Below, in pieces: positions 25,149 to 33,736 of a stretch of 37,276 nt of DNA. Position numbers and translations under genes: made by a program. Positions within the stretch are counted from its first letter, which is position 1, and each line of letters opens with the position of its first letter. The stretch is taken from contig JBLIGW010000002.1 in assembly GCA_047635955.1 (NCBI GenBank), positions 1 through 37,276 on the forward strand, given 5' to 3'. The notes beneath the pieces were generated by a model, which did no database searches, had not been told where the DNA came from, and saw only the letters and a list, made by a program, of their open reading frames with translations. This DNA comes from Oceanicoccus sp. (GTDB lineage Bacteria; Patescibacteriota; Gracilibacteria; UBA1369; 2-02-FULL-48-14).

Positions 25149-25181
25149 ATAATCGTTCCGAATAAGAAAGTCAACGATTAT
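25149..25181. promoter_or_regulatory. 9-bp inverted repeat ATAATCGTT-N15-AACGATTAT upstream of the Fur-family gene; candidate operator
   Basis: Perfect 9-bp arms starting 10 nt upstream of the start codon at 25139. AT-rich like Fur/Per boxes, but the spacing is atypical. Confidence 0.3.
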
Positions 25182-25285
25182 CCCCATTCTTTTTATTCAA
25201 TTCAAGAGCCTCCTGGATTTGACCCGACCACCCCTTACCTGATTCTTCAGGCTCTGATGACTCTTGATTACACTTACACAATCGC

Positions 25286-25330
25286 TTGACCACCTATCTT
25301 CAAACCTATAACCTAGGTAGTAGGTACCTA
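25286..25330 (+). promoter_or_regulatory. candidate csoR promoter followed by two adjacent palindromes (ACCTAGGT, TAGGTACCTA)
   Basis: TTGACC at 25286-25291, TATAAC/TAACCT 15-17 nt later. Palindromes at 25311-25318 and 25321-25330 lie just upstream of ATG 25343. The ACCTA/TAGGT pentamer recurs five times in 40 nt. Confidence 0.35.
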
Positions 25331-25342
25331 AATACAGGCAAA

Positions 25343-25618
25343 ATGATAGACCCATACAAGTCAAAAGCACTCACTGGAAGTAAAAAAGCAATCGGCCAAC
25401 TCAAAAAAGTTTCACAGATGATTGAAGATGAAGCCTACTGCATGGACTTATTGCAACAGATTCGCGCTGTGGAAGGGTTACTCACTTCCATTTCCGGAAA
25501 CATTCTAGAAAGCCACCTTCAAACCTGTGGTAAAAAAGCTTTCTCCAGTAATGACGAGAAACAACATAAAAAAATAATCAACGAATTAATCATGGCTTTC
25601 AAAGCCTCAAAGAAATAA
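25343..25618 (+). CDS. csoR: CsoR/RcnR-family (DUF156) metal-sensing repressor
   Basis: ...GQLKKVSQMIEDEAYCMDLLQQIRAVEGLLTSISGNILESHLQTC has the family helix pattern with the C...H...C ligand set. Start set at the internal ATG (MIDPYK). Confidence 0.8.
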   Translation: MIDPYKSKALTGSKKAIGQLKKVSQMIEDEAYCMDLLQQIRAVEGLLTSISGNILESHLQTCGKKAFSSNDEKQHKKIINELIMAFKASKK

Positions 25619-25635
25619 TTTTTTACCCCCTCACT

Positions 25636-25935
25636 ATGATGTACTCAAGTACTTCTGCCGGACCATGGCTCTGGCTTCACATTCATTGGCTATTTTTAGG
25701 CCTCGCTCTTTTTGGCTTTGTCACTGCCTTACTATGGCTCAACAAACACGCCTCTAAAAAAGACTTCCTCAAAGTAGTTTGGGCTAGTTTAGGACTTGGG
25801 ATTCTTGGAATGCTCCTAACCGCTCAGCTTGCTATGGCTGGTTGGTATCAAATGGTAGACGGACATAATGGATACGAATGGGCTAATAGTGAAATGGAAG
25901 AAATGATGTATTTTGACAACGAAGATAATGAATAA
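25636..25935 (+). CDS. small membrane protein (99 aa, two helices, acidic tail)
   Basis: Intact ORF between csoR and copA. Its stop overlaps the copA start region. Confidence 0.5.
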   Translation: MMYSSTSAGPWLWLHIHWLFLGLALFGFVTALLWLNKHASKKDFLKVVWASLGLGILGMLLTAQLAMAGWYQMVDGHNGYEWANSEMEEMMYFDNEDNE

Positions 25936-28096
25936 AGAAACACTTTTAAGTATTTCTGGTATGAGCTGCGCATCTTGCGTGGCTCATATTGAAAAAGATC
26001 TCAACGCTTTAGATGGAGTTGAAGAAGCTAGAGTCAATTTTGCTACTGAAATGGCTAGCGTAAAGTATGATGCTAAAAAGCTAAAAGATCAGGACCTTTT
26101 AGACACTGTTGAAAAAGCAGGCTACAGGGCCACTCTGAAAGAAGAACCTAAACACCACGACCATTCAGGGCACGCAAAAGATGACGGATCAAAAGGTATA
26201 AAAACTCGTCGCAATCAATTTATTTTCTCACTCATCTTAGCGGTTCCTATTTTGACTCTAAGCTTTGGTTTAGAGCTAGAATCTGGCCCCGTTCTCATGC
26301 TAATTATGTCTTTAATGATTTTAGTATTTCCTGGGAGAAGCTTCTTTCAAAAAGGCATCCCTGGTCTGCTAAAAGGTCGTCCTGGAATGGACACTCTTGT
26401 TTCACTAGGAGTCGGAACTGCCTTTCTATATTCAAGCTACAATGTACTTTTCACTCCAGAAAAAGCTGAATATTTTATGGATGTTGCGATAATTGCAACT
26501 TTCATCCTATTTGGACGATATTTGGAAGCCATGGCTAAAGGGCGTGCTAGTGAAGCTATCAAAAAACTACTGCAACTTTCGGCAAAAGTAGCCCATAAAG
26601 TTACTAAAAATGGAGTTAAGGACGTCCCCGCTGATCAAATTCAAGTGGGAGACATTTTACTTGTGAAAGCAGGTGAAAAAATCCCCACAGATGGTGAAGT
26701 CAGCGAAGGCAGCTCTTACATTGATGAATCCATGGTCACTGGTGAAAGTATGCCTGTCGAAAAATCACTGGGAATGAATGTCATTGGAGCCACAATCAAT
26801 GGAGACAGCGTATTTAAAATGAAAGCCACAAAGATTGGGAAAGAAACCATGCTCGCTCAAATTATTAAGCTGGTAGAGAGTGCTCAAATGTCTAAAGCAC
26901 CCATTCAAAAACTAGTAGACATTGTGGCGGGTTACTTTGTTTGGGGAGTGCTGTTAATCGCAAGTATCACCTTTGTTTCATGGTTTTTGATTGGTGGAGA
27001 TGTGTCTACTGCTCTTATATATACTGTCAGTGTTTTGATCATTGCTTGCCCCTGTGCACTTGGCCTAGCAACCCCTATTTCGATAGTTGTTGGTTCTGGG
27101 AAAGGTGCCAAAATGGGAATTTTACTGAAGAATTCTGAAAGTCTAGAAAAGATGCATAAGGTCACAACCATCTGCTTTGATAAAACGGGAACCATTACCA
27201 AGGGACACCCTGAGGTAATTAGCTTTGGAAACCTTGCTGGTAAGGAAGCGGAAAACTTGAAAATGGCGCTCGCACTTGAAGAGTTTTCTGAACACCCTTT
27301 GGCCAAAAGCGTTGTAACTTATGCTAATGAAAAAAACATTAACCATAAGCTTAAAACCACTGATTTAAAAAGTATTAAAGGCAGAGGGATTACCGGGAAA
27401 GTTGCCGGAGAAAGTGCCTACATGGGAAGCCTAAAATACATGCAAGAATTGAACCTTAACTTCAAAGAGCACGAAGCCACACTCACTAAAATTGAAGAAA
27501 AAGGACAAACCATTTTAGTACTCGCAGACTCAAAAAAGATACTCGCATACTTTGGAGTACAAGACGCCATTAAAGAAACTTCAAAACAAGCTATTGCACT
27601 TCTTAAGGAGCAAAAAATCAGGACTGTAATGATCACAGGTGACAATAAAACCGTCGCTGCAATGATTGCAAAAGAAGTTGGAATCGATGAATTTCACGCC
27701 TCAATAGATCCTGAAGAAAAAGTGAAAATTGTAAGAGCACTGCAGGAAAAAGGCGAAATGGTCGCCATGGTTGGAGATGGTATCAATGACAGCCCCGCCC
27801 TTGCACAAGCAGACGTTGGAATTGCCATGGGAACCGGAACTGATATTGCTATGGAAAGTGGTGACGTCGTACTTGTGAGAGGAGATCTACTCAAAGCAGT
27901 TGAAGCAATTCGTCTTTCTGAAGCTACGCTCACCAACATCAAACAAAATTTATTCTGGGCTTTCATCTATAATTCAGTAGGAATCCCTGTCGCCGCATTA
28001 GGATTACTCAATCCAATGTTTTCTGCAGCAGCCATGGCTTTCTCCTCAATTTCAGTTGTTCTCAACGCACTCCGGTTAAAACGATTTAAAGCATGA
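25928..28096 (+). CDS. copA: copper-translocating P1B-type ATPase
   Basis: HMA domain GMSCASCV, transmembrane CPC, phosphorylation site DKTGT, hinge GDGINDSPAL. ATG at 25928 preferred over the TTG at 25913. Confidence 0.9.
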   Translation: MNKETLLSISGMSCASCVAHIEKDLNALDGVEEARVNFATEMASVKYDAKKLKDQDLLDTVEKAGYRATLKEEPKHHDHSGHAKDDGSKGIKTRRNQFIFSLILAVPILTLSFGLELESGPVLMLIMSLMILVFPGRSFFQKGIPGLLKGRPGMDTLVSLGVGTAFLYSSYNVLFTPEKAEYFMDVAIIATFILFGRYLEAMAKGRASEAIKKLLQLSAKVAHKVTKNGVKDVPADQIQVGDILLVKAGEKIPTDGEVSEGSSYIDESMVTGESMPVEKSLGMNVIGATINGDSVFKMKATKIGKETMLAQIIKLVESAQMSKAPIQKLVDIVAGYFVWGVLLIASITFVSWFLIGGDVSTALIYTVSVLIIACPCALGLATPISIVVGSGKGAKMGILLKNSESLEKMHKVTTICFDKTGTITKGHPEVISFGNLAGKEAENLKMALALEEFSEHPLAKSVVTYANEKNINHKLKTTDLKSIKGRGITGKVAGESAYMGSLKYMQELNLNFKEHEATLTKIEEKGQTILVLADSKKILAYFGVQDAIKETSKQAIALLKEQKIRTVMITGDNKTVAAMIAKEVGIDEFHASIDPEEKVKIVRALQEKGEMVAMVGDGINDSPALAQADVGIAMGTGTDIAMESGDVVLVRGDLLKAVEAIRLSEATLTNIKQNLFWAFIYNSVGIPVAALGLLNPMFSAAAMAFSSISVVLNALRLKRFKA

Positions 28097-28144
28097 CTTT
28101 CCGGACAATACTGGTAATCTATCCACGATTTACAGCAGACAGAA

Positions 28145-28465
28145 ATGAGAAAACCAATCGCTATATTAATTTTTCTAGGAGTGATCGCTACTGTTTTTTG
28201 CAGCAGCGGATTCATGGCAAAAACCTTAAATAGCGGTGCAATGGCACACAGCACTCCCAGTGAATGCTGTGAAGACCAAGCCATTGCCCATCAAAGCGAT
28301 GATATTTCAGCTGTATTTTTTAATTTGTACCCTTCGCTGCCTGGTGTATTTTTACTTATTTTTGCTGCCGTACTATTTGGATTCAATCCAAAGCCAAACT
28401 TTCAAACTTCCTACACCCTCTATCAATTTCATAAATTCTCCCGCGGTGTTTTTCAACTAGAATGA
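28145..28465 (+). CDS. hypothetical membrane protein with a His/Cys-Cys segment (106 aa)
   Basis: N-terminal signal/anchor, then AHSTPSECCEDQAIAH, then a second hydrophobic helix. Lies within the copper locus. Confidence 0.45.
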   Translation: MRKPIAILIFLGVIATVFCSSGFMAKTLNSGAMAHSTPSECCEDQAIAHQSDDISAVFFNLYPSLPGVFLLIFAAVLFGFNPKPNFQTSYTLYQFHKFSRGVFQLE

Positions 28466-28508
28466 AGCTCTAAGATCTCAGGTTATTAATGCTTAAACTT
28501 TTTTAAAT

Positions 28509-29375
28509 ATGAAAAAATTACTACTAATTACGGGACTACTAGCTTTATTCTTAAGCGCCTGTACTTCAACTCCCCCGGAAGAAATTACAGATAGCGGAAT
28601 CATACTTTCTCTGGATGAACTAAGCTACGACTGGGGCGACATCAGTATTGATGATGGCGATGTAAAACATGGATTCCACTTCAAAAATGACAGCAATGAA
28701 GATCTCGTTCTCACAGGTGCCGTGACATCTTGCATGTGCACTTCCTCTTACATTGAACTTCCAGATGGAAGTATGTCTCCAACATTTGGAATGCATGGAA
28801 ATGAGCCTTGGACTTACACAGTAAAACCTGGCGAAGAATTTGAGGTAGAAGTTGCTTTTGACCCAATGGCTCATGGACCCGATGCCGTTGGTGTTATTTC
28901 ACGATCAATCACACTTTTTTCTAGCGCCAGTGCAGGTGACATGGAAATGAAAACCACTGCTAATGTGCTTTACGACGCTGAATATAAAGAACTTTACAGT
29001 AATGATGATTTTGTCTTTGAGGAAACGGAATATGACTTTGGAATTGTTAAGCAAAGTAGTGGAATCAACTCCTATGAATTTGAATTTCAATACCTAGGCA
29101 CAGAAGCAATCACCGTAACCGCAGTTCCAACAAGTTGTGCCTGCACTACTGCGGAAATTTCTCAAAATGATTTTGTAAAAGGAGACACTGGAATTCTCAC
29201 TGTCTACTTTGACCCCAACCTTCACGAAGAACCTGAAGGCGTATTCTTCAAAACAGTAAGCCTACTCACCGATCCTGAACTTGAAGTTCAGCCAGAAGTG
29301 AAAATCTGGCTAGAAATGGATCTAGATCTAGGCCCAGAAGCTTACACACTAACCCAAGAGCATGACTTCATTTGA
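28509..29375 (+). CDS. lipoprotein with two DUF1573-like domains
   Basis: Lipobox LFLSACTS. Two copies of the pattern YD(W/F)G.I....-F.F.N......-T.V.TSC.CT (YDWGDISIDDG...VTSCMCTSS and YDFGIVKQSSG...PTSCACTTA). Confidence 0.7.
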   Translation: MKKLLLITGLLALFLSACTSTPPEEITDSGIILSLDELSYDWGDISIDDGDVKHGFHFKNDSNEDLVLTGAVTSCMCTSSYIELPDGSMSPTFGMHGNEPWTYTVKPGEEFEVEVAFDPMAHGPDAVGVISRSITLFSSASAGDMEMKTTANVLYDAEYKELYSNDDFVFEETEYDFGIVKQSSGINSYEFEFQYLGTEAITVTAVPTSCACTTAEISQNDFVKGDTGILTVYFDPNLHEEPEGVFFKTVSLLTDPELEVQPEVKIWLEMDLDLGPEAYTLTQEHDFI

Positions 29376-29592
29376 TGAAACCGTTACAGCGGTTAAAGCA
29401 GCATTAAAAGAAGAAGAAATTGGACTCTTTCTTCCTTGCAATGTCATTATCTACAAAAGTGAAGACGGACACGTTCAGGTCGGTGCCGTTAGACCTTCCG
29501 TTGCTATGTCCATGATCGACAATCCTAAACTAGGAGAATTGGCCAAACGGATTGAAACCAGTCTAGAGAAAATAATCAATAAAATTAAATAA
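29362..29592 (+). CDS. DUF302-like protein lacking the central part of the domain (76 aa)
   Basis: FDETVTAVKAALKEEEIG joins directly to LFLPCNVIIYKSEDGHVQVGAVRPSVAMSMIDNPKLGELAKRIE. Full-length DUF302 proteins, as I recall them, carry about 45 more residues between these two blocks. Confidence 0.5.
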   Translation: MTSFDETVTAVKAALKEEEIGLFLPCNVIIYKSEDGHVQVGAVRPSVAMSMIDNPKLGELAKRIETSLEKIINKIK

Positions 29593-29594
29593 TT

Positions 29595-30068
29595 ATGTCT
29601 TCTAAGAACAAAACATTCCAGACCATTTTAACCTACGGAGGGATCGGACTTTTCCTTCTACTAATGGGGTTTGGCGTAATCAGTGCAATAATGAACACCC
29701 CTGATGCTCCTGCACTTTCAGCGACAGAACCCGTTCACTGGCATGCTGAAATAAGCTATGAAGCGTGTGGGAACCCCGTTGTTTTTGACGACGAACAAGG
29801 CCACACACTCACCCATGGACACAATGACGGACTAGTTCATGTGGAAGGTATTGTTTTAGACGAAAAAAGCGTAACACTATCTAGTTTCTTTAAAAATTCA
29901 GACATAAACATTAGCGCTGAAAATTTTGAAGACTATAATAATGGAGATCAATGTAATTTCTCATCTGGCCCTGGTGCCGTGAGCATTTACGTTGATGACA
30001 TATTATTCACAGACCCTGAAGAAGTGCTCATAAAAGATGGTCAAATAATACGAGTTATATTTGATTAG
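29595..30068 (+). CDS. membrane-anchored hypothetical protein with His-rich motifs (157 aa)
   Basis: N-terminal transmembrane helix, then VHWHAEISYEACGNP...GHTLTHGHNDGLVHVEG. Last gene of the copper-locus strand block. Confidence 0.55.
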   Translation: MSSKNKTFQTILTYGGIGLFLLLMGFGVISAIMNTPDAPALSATEPVHWHAEISYEACGNPVVFDDEQGHTLTHGHNDGLVHVEGIVLDEKSVTLSSFFKNSDINISAENFEDYNNGDQCNFSSGPGAVSIYVDDILFTDPEEVLIKDGQIIRVIFD

Positions 30069-30466
30069 TCAGAAAGGGTGTTTCCCGTAGCTGCGATCAA
30101 CATTAGGTGAAAACGCTTAGTAAGAACTGAAATCGTCCACGTAGGCTGAGCCTCAAATTCTGAAACCAAAGCCACATACGCATCAAGAATATTGGTGCGT
30201 TTATTGGCATCAGGGAATTGCCGCATTCTTTCAATCACTAGCTGATCCGCCATTGCCTTCCTAGTCGCTCGCTCCACCTCAGTATCTTTAAATGAACTCC
30301 CTCCTTGCTTCCCTGCTTCTACCATTCTCAAGAAAGCTGAATAGTGAAACGAAAGTGCCCGAACAAAATCATCCTCATAATTCAGATGAGACTTAAGTAA
30401 ATCTAAAACATCTGAATTTACTTTAGAAAGGTCTACAGCTTCATCAGTACTGGATTCTAAAGTCAT
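30065..30466 (-). CDS. hypothetical helical protein (133 aa)
   Basis: Intact ORF convergent with the copper locus. No family recognised. Confidence 0.5.
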   Translation of the reverse strand: MTLESSTDEAVDLSKVNSDVLDLLKSHLNYEDDFVRALSFHYSAFLRMVEAGKQGGSSFKDTEVERATRKAMADQLVIERMRQFPDANKRTNILDAYVALVSEFEAQPTWTISVLTKRFHLMLIAATGNTLSD

Positions 30467-30533
30467 AGATTGTGTTAATTCCTAAGAAACTATAGGCTTC
30501 AGTCTAGAGAATCAAAATTAAAAGACAAATAGC

Positions 30534-30761
30534 ATGGAAGAAACACCAGAAGTACAAATCAACAACCCGTTGCATGGCGTTAAACTTGCCGACATAATAG
30601 AATTTTTAGTGAAAGAAATTGGCTGGGAAGAAATGGGAATGCACATAAATATTGGGTGTTTTATTCGAGACCCATCGATTAAATCTAGCCTTAAGTTTTT
30701 AAGACGAACCCCTTGGGCAAGAGAGAAAGTTGAAAAACTATATTTGGAGTTGCAGAACTAA
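30534..30761 (+). CDS. DUF2132/VF530-like small DNA-binding-fold protein (75 aa)
   Basis: [24 protein letters not shown]...[31 protein letters not shown] matches the conserved DUF2132 pattern as I recall it. Confidence 0.65.
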   Translation: MEETPEVQINNPLHGVKLADIIEFLVKEIGWEEMGMHINIGCFIRDPSIKSSLKFLRRTPWAREKVEKLYLELQN

Positions 30762-30901
30762 AGCTAACGAATCATTTTCATATTTTTACGAAAAAACAGA
30801 TAAGTAGCCTCTTACAGTACAGACAATACGATACGATAAAACTTATCAGCTGTCAATCCACCCTAGCCTGTGTTACCATTTGTATAAGATAATAAACAAC
30901 C

Positions 30902-31240
30902 ATGGAAACACTCACATTAATTAAAAAGGCAATTCGAGAGCAAAAGGCCATGTCATTTACTTATGACATGCCTGATAAAGCTAGCGGTACACGGTTTGGA
31001 AACCCACATGCAATTTTTAGAGTTAGCAGCAAGAGTGGTAGAAGAAGTACTAAAGTACATATCGTACAAACGGGAGGAGTCTCTGAAAATGAAAAATTGA
31101 GCCCGAAATCTAATTTCATTGTTTTTGACATTAGGTACATAAATAACGTCCAAGTTAAAAGCAAACAAGATTCTTTTGAAATCGACCACAGGTACAACCC
31201 AAACTTGTTTACCTACCAAGATTTAGTTCAGAAAATTTAG
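30902..31240 (+). CDS. hypothetical protein (112 aa); weak resemblance to WYL/SH3-like barrel domains
   Basis: Intact ORF. The pattern FTYD...RFGNPHAIFRV...VHIVQTGGVSE...FIVFDIRYINNV is only suggestive. Confidence 0.45.
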   Translation: METLTLIKKAIREQKAMSFTYDMPDKASGTRFGNPHAIFRVSSKSGRRSTKVHIVQTGGVSENEKLSPKSNFIVFDIRYINNVQVKSKQDSFEIDHRYNPNLFTYQDLVQKI

Positions 31241-31409
31241 TATCAAAACCATGGAAAGCACTCCAATCAATTTCTTAGAAAGAAATCATTAAACATGAGT
31301 TTTTCTATTGCATTCCACTGAAAAATGTAGATAATTGCGACTAGGGTAGTGTCATTGCAAATACGCAAACATAGGCACCACCCTTTCATATTTCTTCAGG
31401 AGAAGTAAG

Positions 31410-32297
31410 ATGCGCATCTGGGTGTTAACTAAAAAAGACAGACTAAAGAATTATCAAGCAAGCCGCTTCAAAGAAGAGGCTGAGTATCTTGACGTTCGTA
31501 TCAAGCACATCTGCGCTGAGGATTTTGAGATTGTCGAACCGTCAGACAGGCCAGATAAAATCTGGCACAAAGGCAAATATGTTTCTATTCCAGATGTTCT
31601 CATCACACGGGTAACAGGAATGAGTTATTTTTCTTATGCTTTAGTGCGACTTTTACAGCGAATGGGAGTGACCGTAATGAACTCTGCTAACTCCATTGAA
31701 TTAGCTGAAGACAAGCTGCGAACCGTACAGGTTTTGACGGCAAAAGAACTTCCTATCCCCAAGTCTATCTTGGCTAAATTCCCTGTAGACACTGAATATA
31801 TCGGCCAACAACTTGGATACCCTCTCATTATGAAAACGGTGCATGGTGCAAAAGGGGATGGTGTGGTTTTATTTGAAAATCACACTCAATTCAAGGATGT
31901 TGTGACGGTTCTACAAAAAGTAACTGAAGGAAAAACCAACCTCATCTTTCAAAGATATGTATCTCGTAGTTTTGGCCGTGATCTACGCGTATTCGTAGTG
32001 GGAGATCAAGCTATTGGTGCAGTAATGCGGCAAGGCGCAGAAGGGCAATTCAAGGCAAATGTTTCAGCTGGGGGTTCGGCTCAGTACTTCCCGTTGAACA
32101 AAGAGCTTTCCACTCTGGCCGTAGAAGCCAGTCAAGCCCTTGGATTAAGTATTTCAGGGGTAGATTTTCTTTTTGATGGAGACACCTTTCTCATTGGTGA
32201 AGTAAACTCCTCCCCCAGCTTTGAAGGTTTTGAAACAGACTCCAAAGCCAATGTCCCCAAACTCATTTTGGAGTACGCTATGAAACTTAAATCATAA
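31410..32297 (+). CDS. rimK: RimK-family ATP-grasp alpha-L-glutamate ligase
   Basis: 295 aa. IMKTVHGAKGDGVVL, GRDLRVFVVGDQAIGAVMRQ and ISGVDFLF..FLIGEVNSSPSF are typical RimK/LysX-type ATP-grasp motifs. GGAG SD upstream. Confidence 0.8.
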   Translation: MRIWVLTKKDRLKNYQASRFKEEAEYLDVRIKHICAEDFEIVEPSDRPDKIWHKGKYVSIPDVLITRVTGMSYFSYALVRLLQRMGVTVMNSANSIELAEDKLRTVQVLTAKELPIPKSILAKFPVDTEYIGQQLGYPLIMKTVHGAKGDGVVLFENHTQFKDVVTVLQKVTEGKTNLIFQRYVSRSFGRDLRVFVVGDQAIGAVMRQGAEGQFKANVSAGGSAQYFPLNKELSTLAVEASQALGLSISGVDFLFDGDTFLIGEVNSSPSFEGFETDSKANVPKLILEYAMKLKS

Positions 32298-32302
32298 AAT
32301 TC

Positions 32303-33589
32303 ATGAAAAAAGGCTCACTTAAAAAACCAGCTGTTATTTTTGTCGGATTTAGGCACAAAACAGATTCGGTTCAAGCAGCACGAGTTGCTGGCTATCAAAC
32401 CGTTCTACTCACTCATAAGCCAAGCGCTCAAGCTAAGGATCTTTTTGATGAAATCATTGTATTAGACATGAAAAATGCAGATGTCATTTTGGAACTCATT
32501 CCTCAATTAAAAACCAAATATCGTGTACGTGGAGTACTCACCAATTACGAGCACTATGTAGTACTCCGTTCTTATATTGCAGAACATCTTGGAGTACCTA
32601 CAAGCTCAGTCTATGCAGCCAGCTGCACTCGGAATAAAGCACTTCAACGACATGCCTTAGAGTTTTTACCTGAAAACATACCTGCGAGAAGAGTCACAAA
32701 TTTTGAAGAGGCTAAAAAAGCCTGGCAAGAACTTGGCAAAGATTGTTTTGTTAAGAACATCTCAGGAGTTAAAAGCAAACTGATTTTCCATGTTCAAACA
32801 GAAGAAGAGCTGGAAGAAGCCGTGAATGCAATGACTGAAGGGAGCAAAGTTCCCGATGAAGACCTATACGACGCCTATGAATTCATGCAGTTTCATTTCA
32901 GGTATCCTAATCCAAATAAGACCTTCCTTGTTGAAAAGACAGTAAAGGGTCGGCTTGTGAGCATTGATTCGATTGTTGGATCTAGAAAGATCTGGCACTC
33001 CCCATCATTGGTTGATCATGTAAAAGCGAGTGAACTTGGCCGAAATGACAGCTTTCTTGCCTATCGTTTATTGCCATCTAAATTGAAACCAGATCTCATC
33101 AAGCGAGCTAAAAAAGTTGCCGGTGGAGCAATCCGAATCTTGGGGCTCAAAAACTGTGCCGTTCATACGGAGCTAATGATTGATGAAGAAGAAAACATTC
33201 ACCTCATTGAACTTGCCAGTCGTATGGGTGGATACAGACAAGATATGTACATGCAGGCCTATGACTTAGACTTAAGTGAACGCCTTGTAAAAGCTGTAAT
33301 CGGTGGCGACATCAAAACACGTAAAAGACATAAGCAACATATTGCCATGCTGGAATTCTTTGCTGAAGATGAGGGGCAAATAATTTCAATTGAAGGAATC
33401 GGAGAAAACAAGCTACCTGAAGGGATTGAACTCATATCTTTCAAACAAGCACTAGAGAGCCATAACGTTGGTCCTGCAAAACTAGGCTACCCACCTGCTG
33501 CAAGAATGATGCTTTCAGGCACGGGACACAAAGCATTGGCACGTTACTGCAGAGAGCTTTCAGAGAAAGTTCATGTAAATGTTTCATAA
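32303..33589 (+). CDS. ATP-grasp enzyme, L-amino-acid-ligase-like (ATP-grasp_4 type)
   Basis: 428 aa. Pre-ATP-grasp N-domain, then CFVKNISGVKSKLIF, TFLVEKTVKG, AVHTELMIDEEENIHLIELASRMGG (Mg/ATP site pattern E..SR.GG). Starts 5 nt after the rimK-like stop. Confidence 0.7.
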   Translation: MKKGSLKKPAVIFVGFRHKTDSVQAARVAGYQTVLLTHKPSAQAKDLFDEIIVLDMKNADVILELIPQLKTKYRVRGVLTNYEHYVVLRSYIAEHLGVPTSSVYAASCTRNKALQRHALEFLPENIPARRVTNFEEAKKAWQELGKDCFVKNISGVKSKLIFHVQTEEELEEAVNAMTEGSKVPDEDLYDAYEFMQFHFRYPNPNKTFLVEKTVKGRLVSIDSIVGSRKIWHSPSLVDHVKASELGRNDSFLAYRLLPSKLKPDLIKRAKKVAGGAIRILGLKNCAVHTELMIDEEENIHLIELASRMGGYRQDMYMQAYDLDLSERLVKAVIGGDIKTRKRHKQHIAMLEFFAEDEGQIISIEGIGENKLPEGIELISFKQALESHNVGPAKLGYPPAARMMLSGTGHKALARYCRELSEKVHVNVS

Positions 33590-33673
33590 CAAAATAAGCA
33601 CTCAAGCTGAAAAGCTGCTTTTTGTTTACCAAGGTTATCTTACTGGTCTGGGGGGGGCGCCTGACACTACAAA

Positions 33674-33715
33674 ACCCTTCCCAACCAGACCAAGCACATG
33701 GTTGAAGAAGTTTAT
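33674..33715. repeat. 42-nt imperfect direct repeat, copy A
   Basis: ACCCTTCCCAACCAGACCAAGCACATGGTTGAAGAAGTTTAT matches 37037-37078 at 37/42 positions. Contains hairpin CAACC-N13-GGTTG. Confidence 0.7.
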
Positions 33716-33736
33716 TTAAGTTAAAATGAACTCAAG

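Noticed and set aside
153-28284. Numerous 60-125-aa track ORFs nested antisense or out of frame inside larger genes (e.g. 153-524, 993-1196, 2505-2792, 5830-6111, 12370-12624, 14214-14639, 26932-27306, 27418-27966, 27967-28284, 30953-31219, 33938-34346)
   Set aside because: Each lies wholly within a longer ORF that has recognisable family motifs or a clear signal peptide. Their translations are low-complexity or Ser/Leu/Arg-rich, typical of shadow frames. None has its own SD or promoter-like context.
31251-31321. Mini-ORFs upstream of the ATP-grasp pair (MESTPINFLERNH at 31251-31292; MSFSIAFH at 31295-31321) as graspetide/microviridin-type precursor peptides
   Set aside because: At 13 and 8 codons they are too short to contain a leader plus a core, and they lack the Thr/Ser plus Asp/Glu/Lys core residues needed for ATP-grasp macrocyclisation. 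There is no SD. The PINFLER resemblance to the PFFARFL leader motif is weak.
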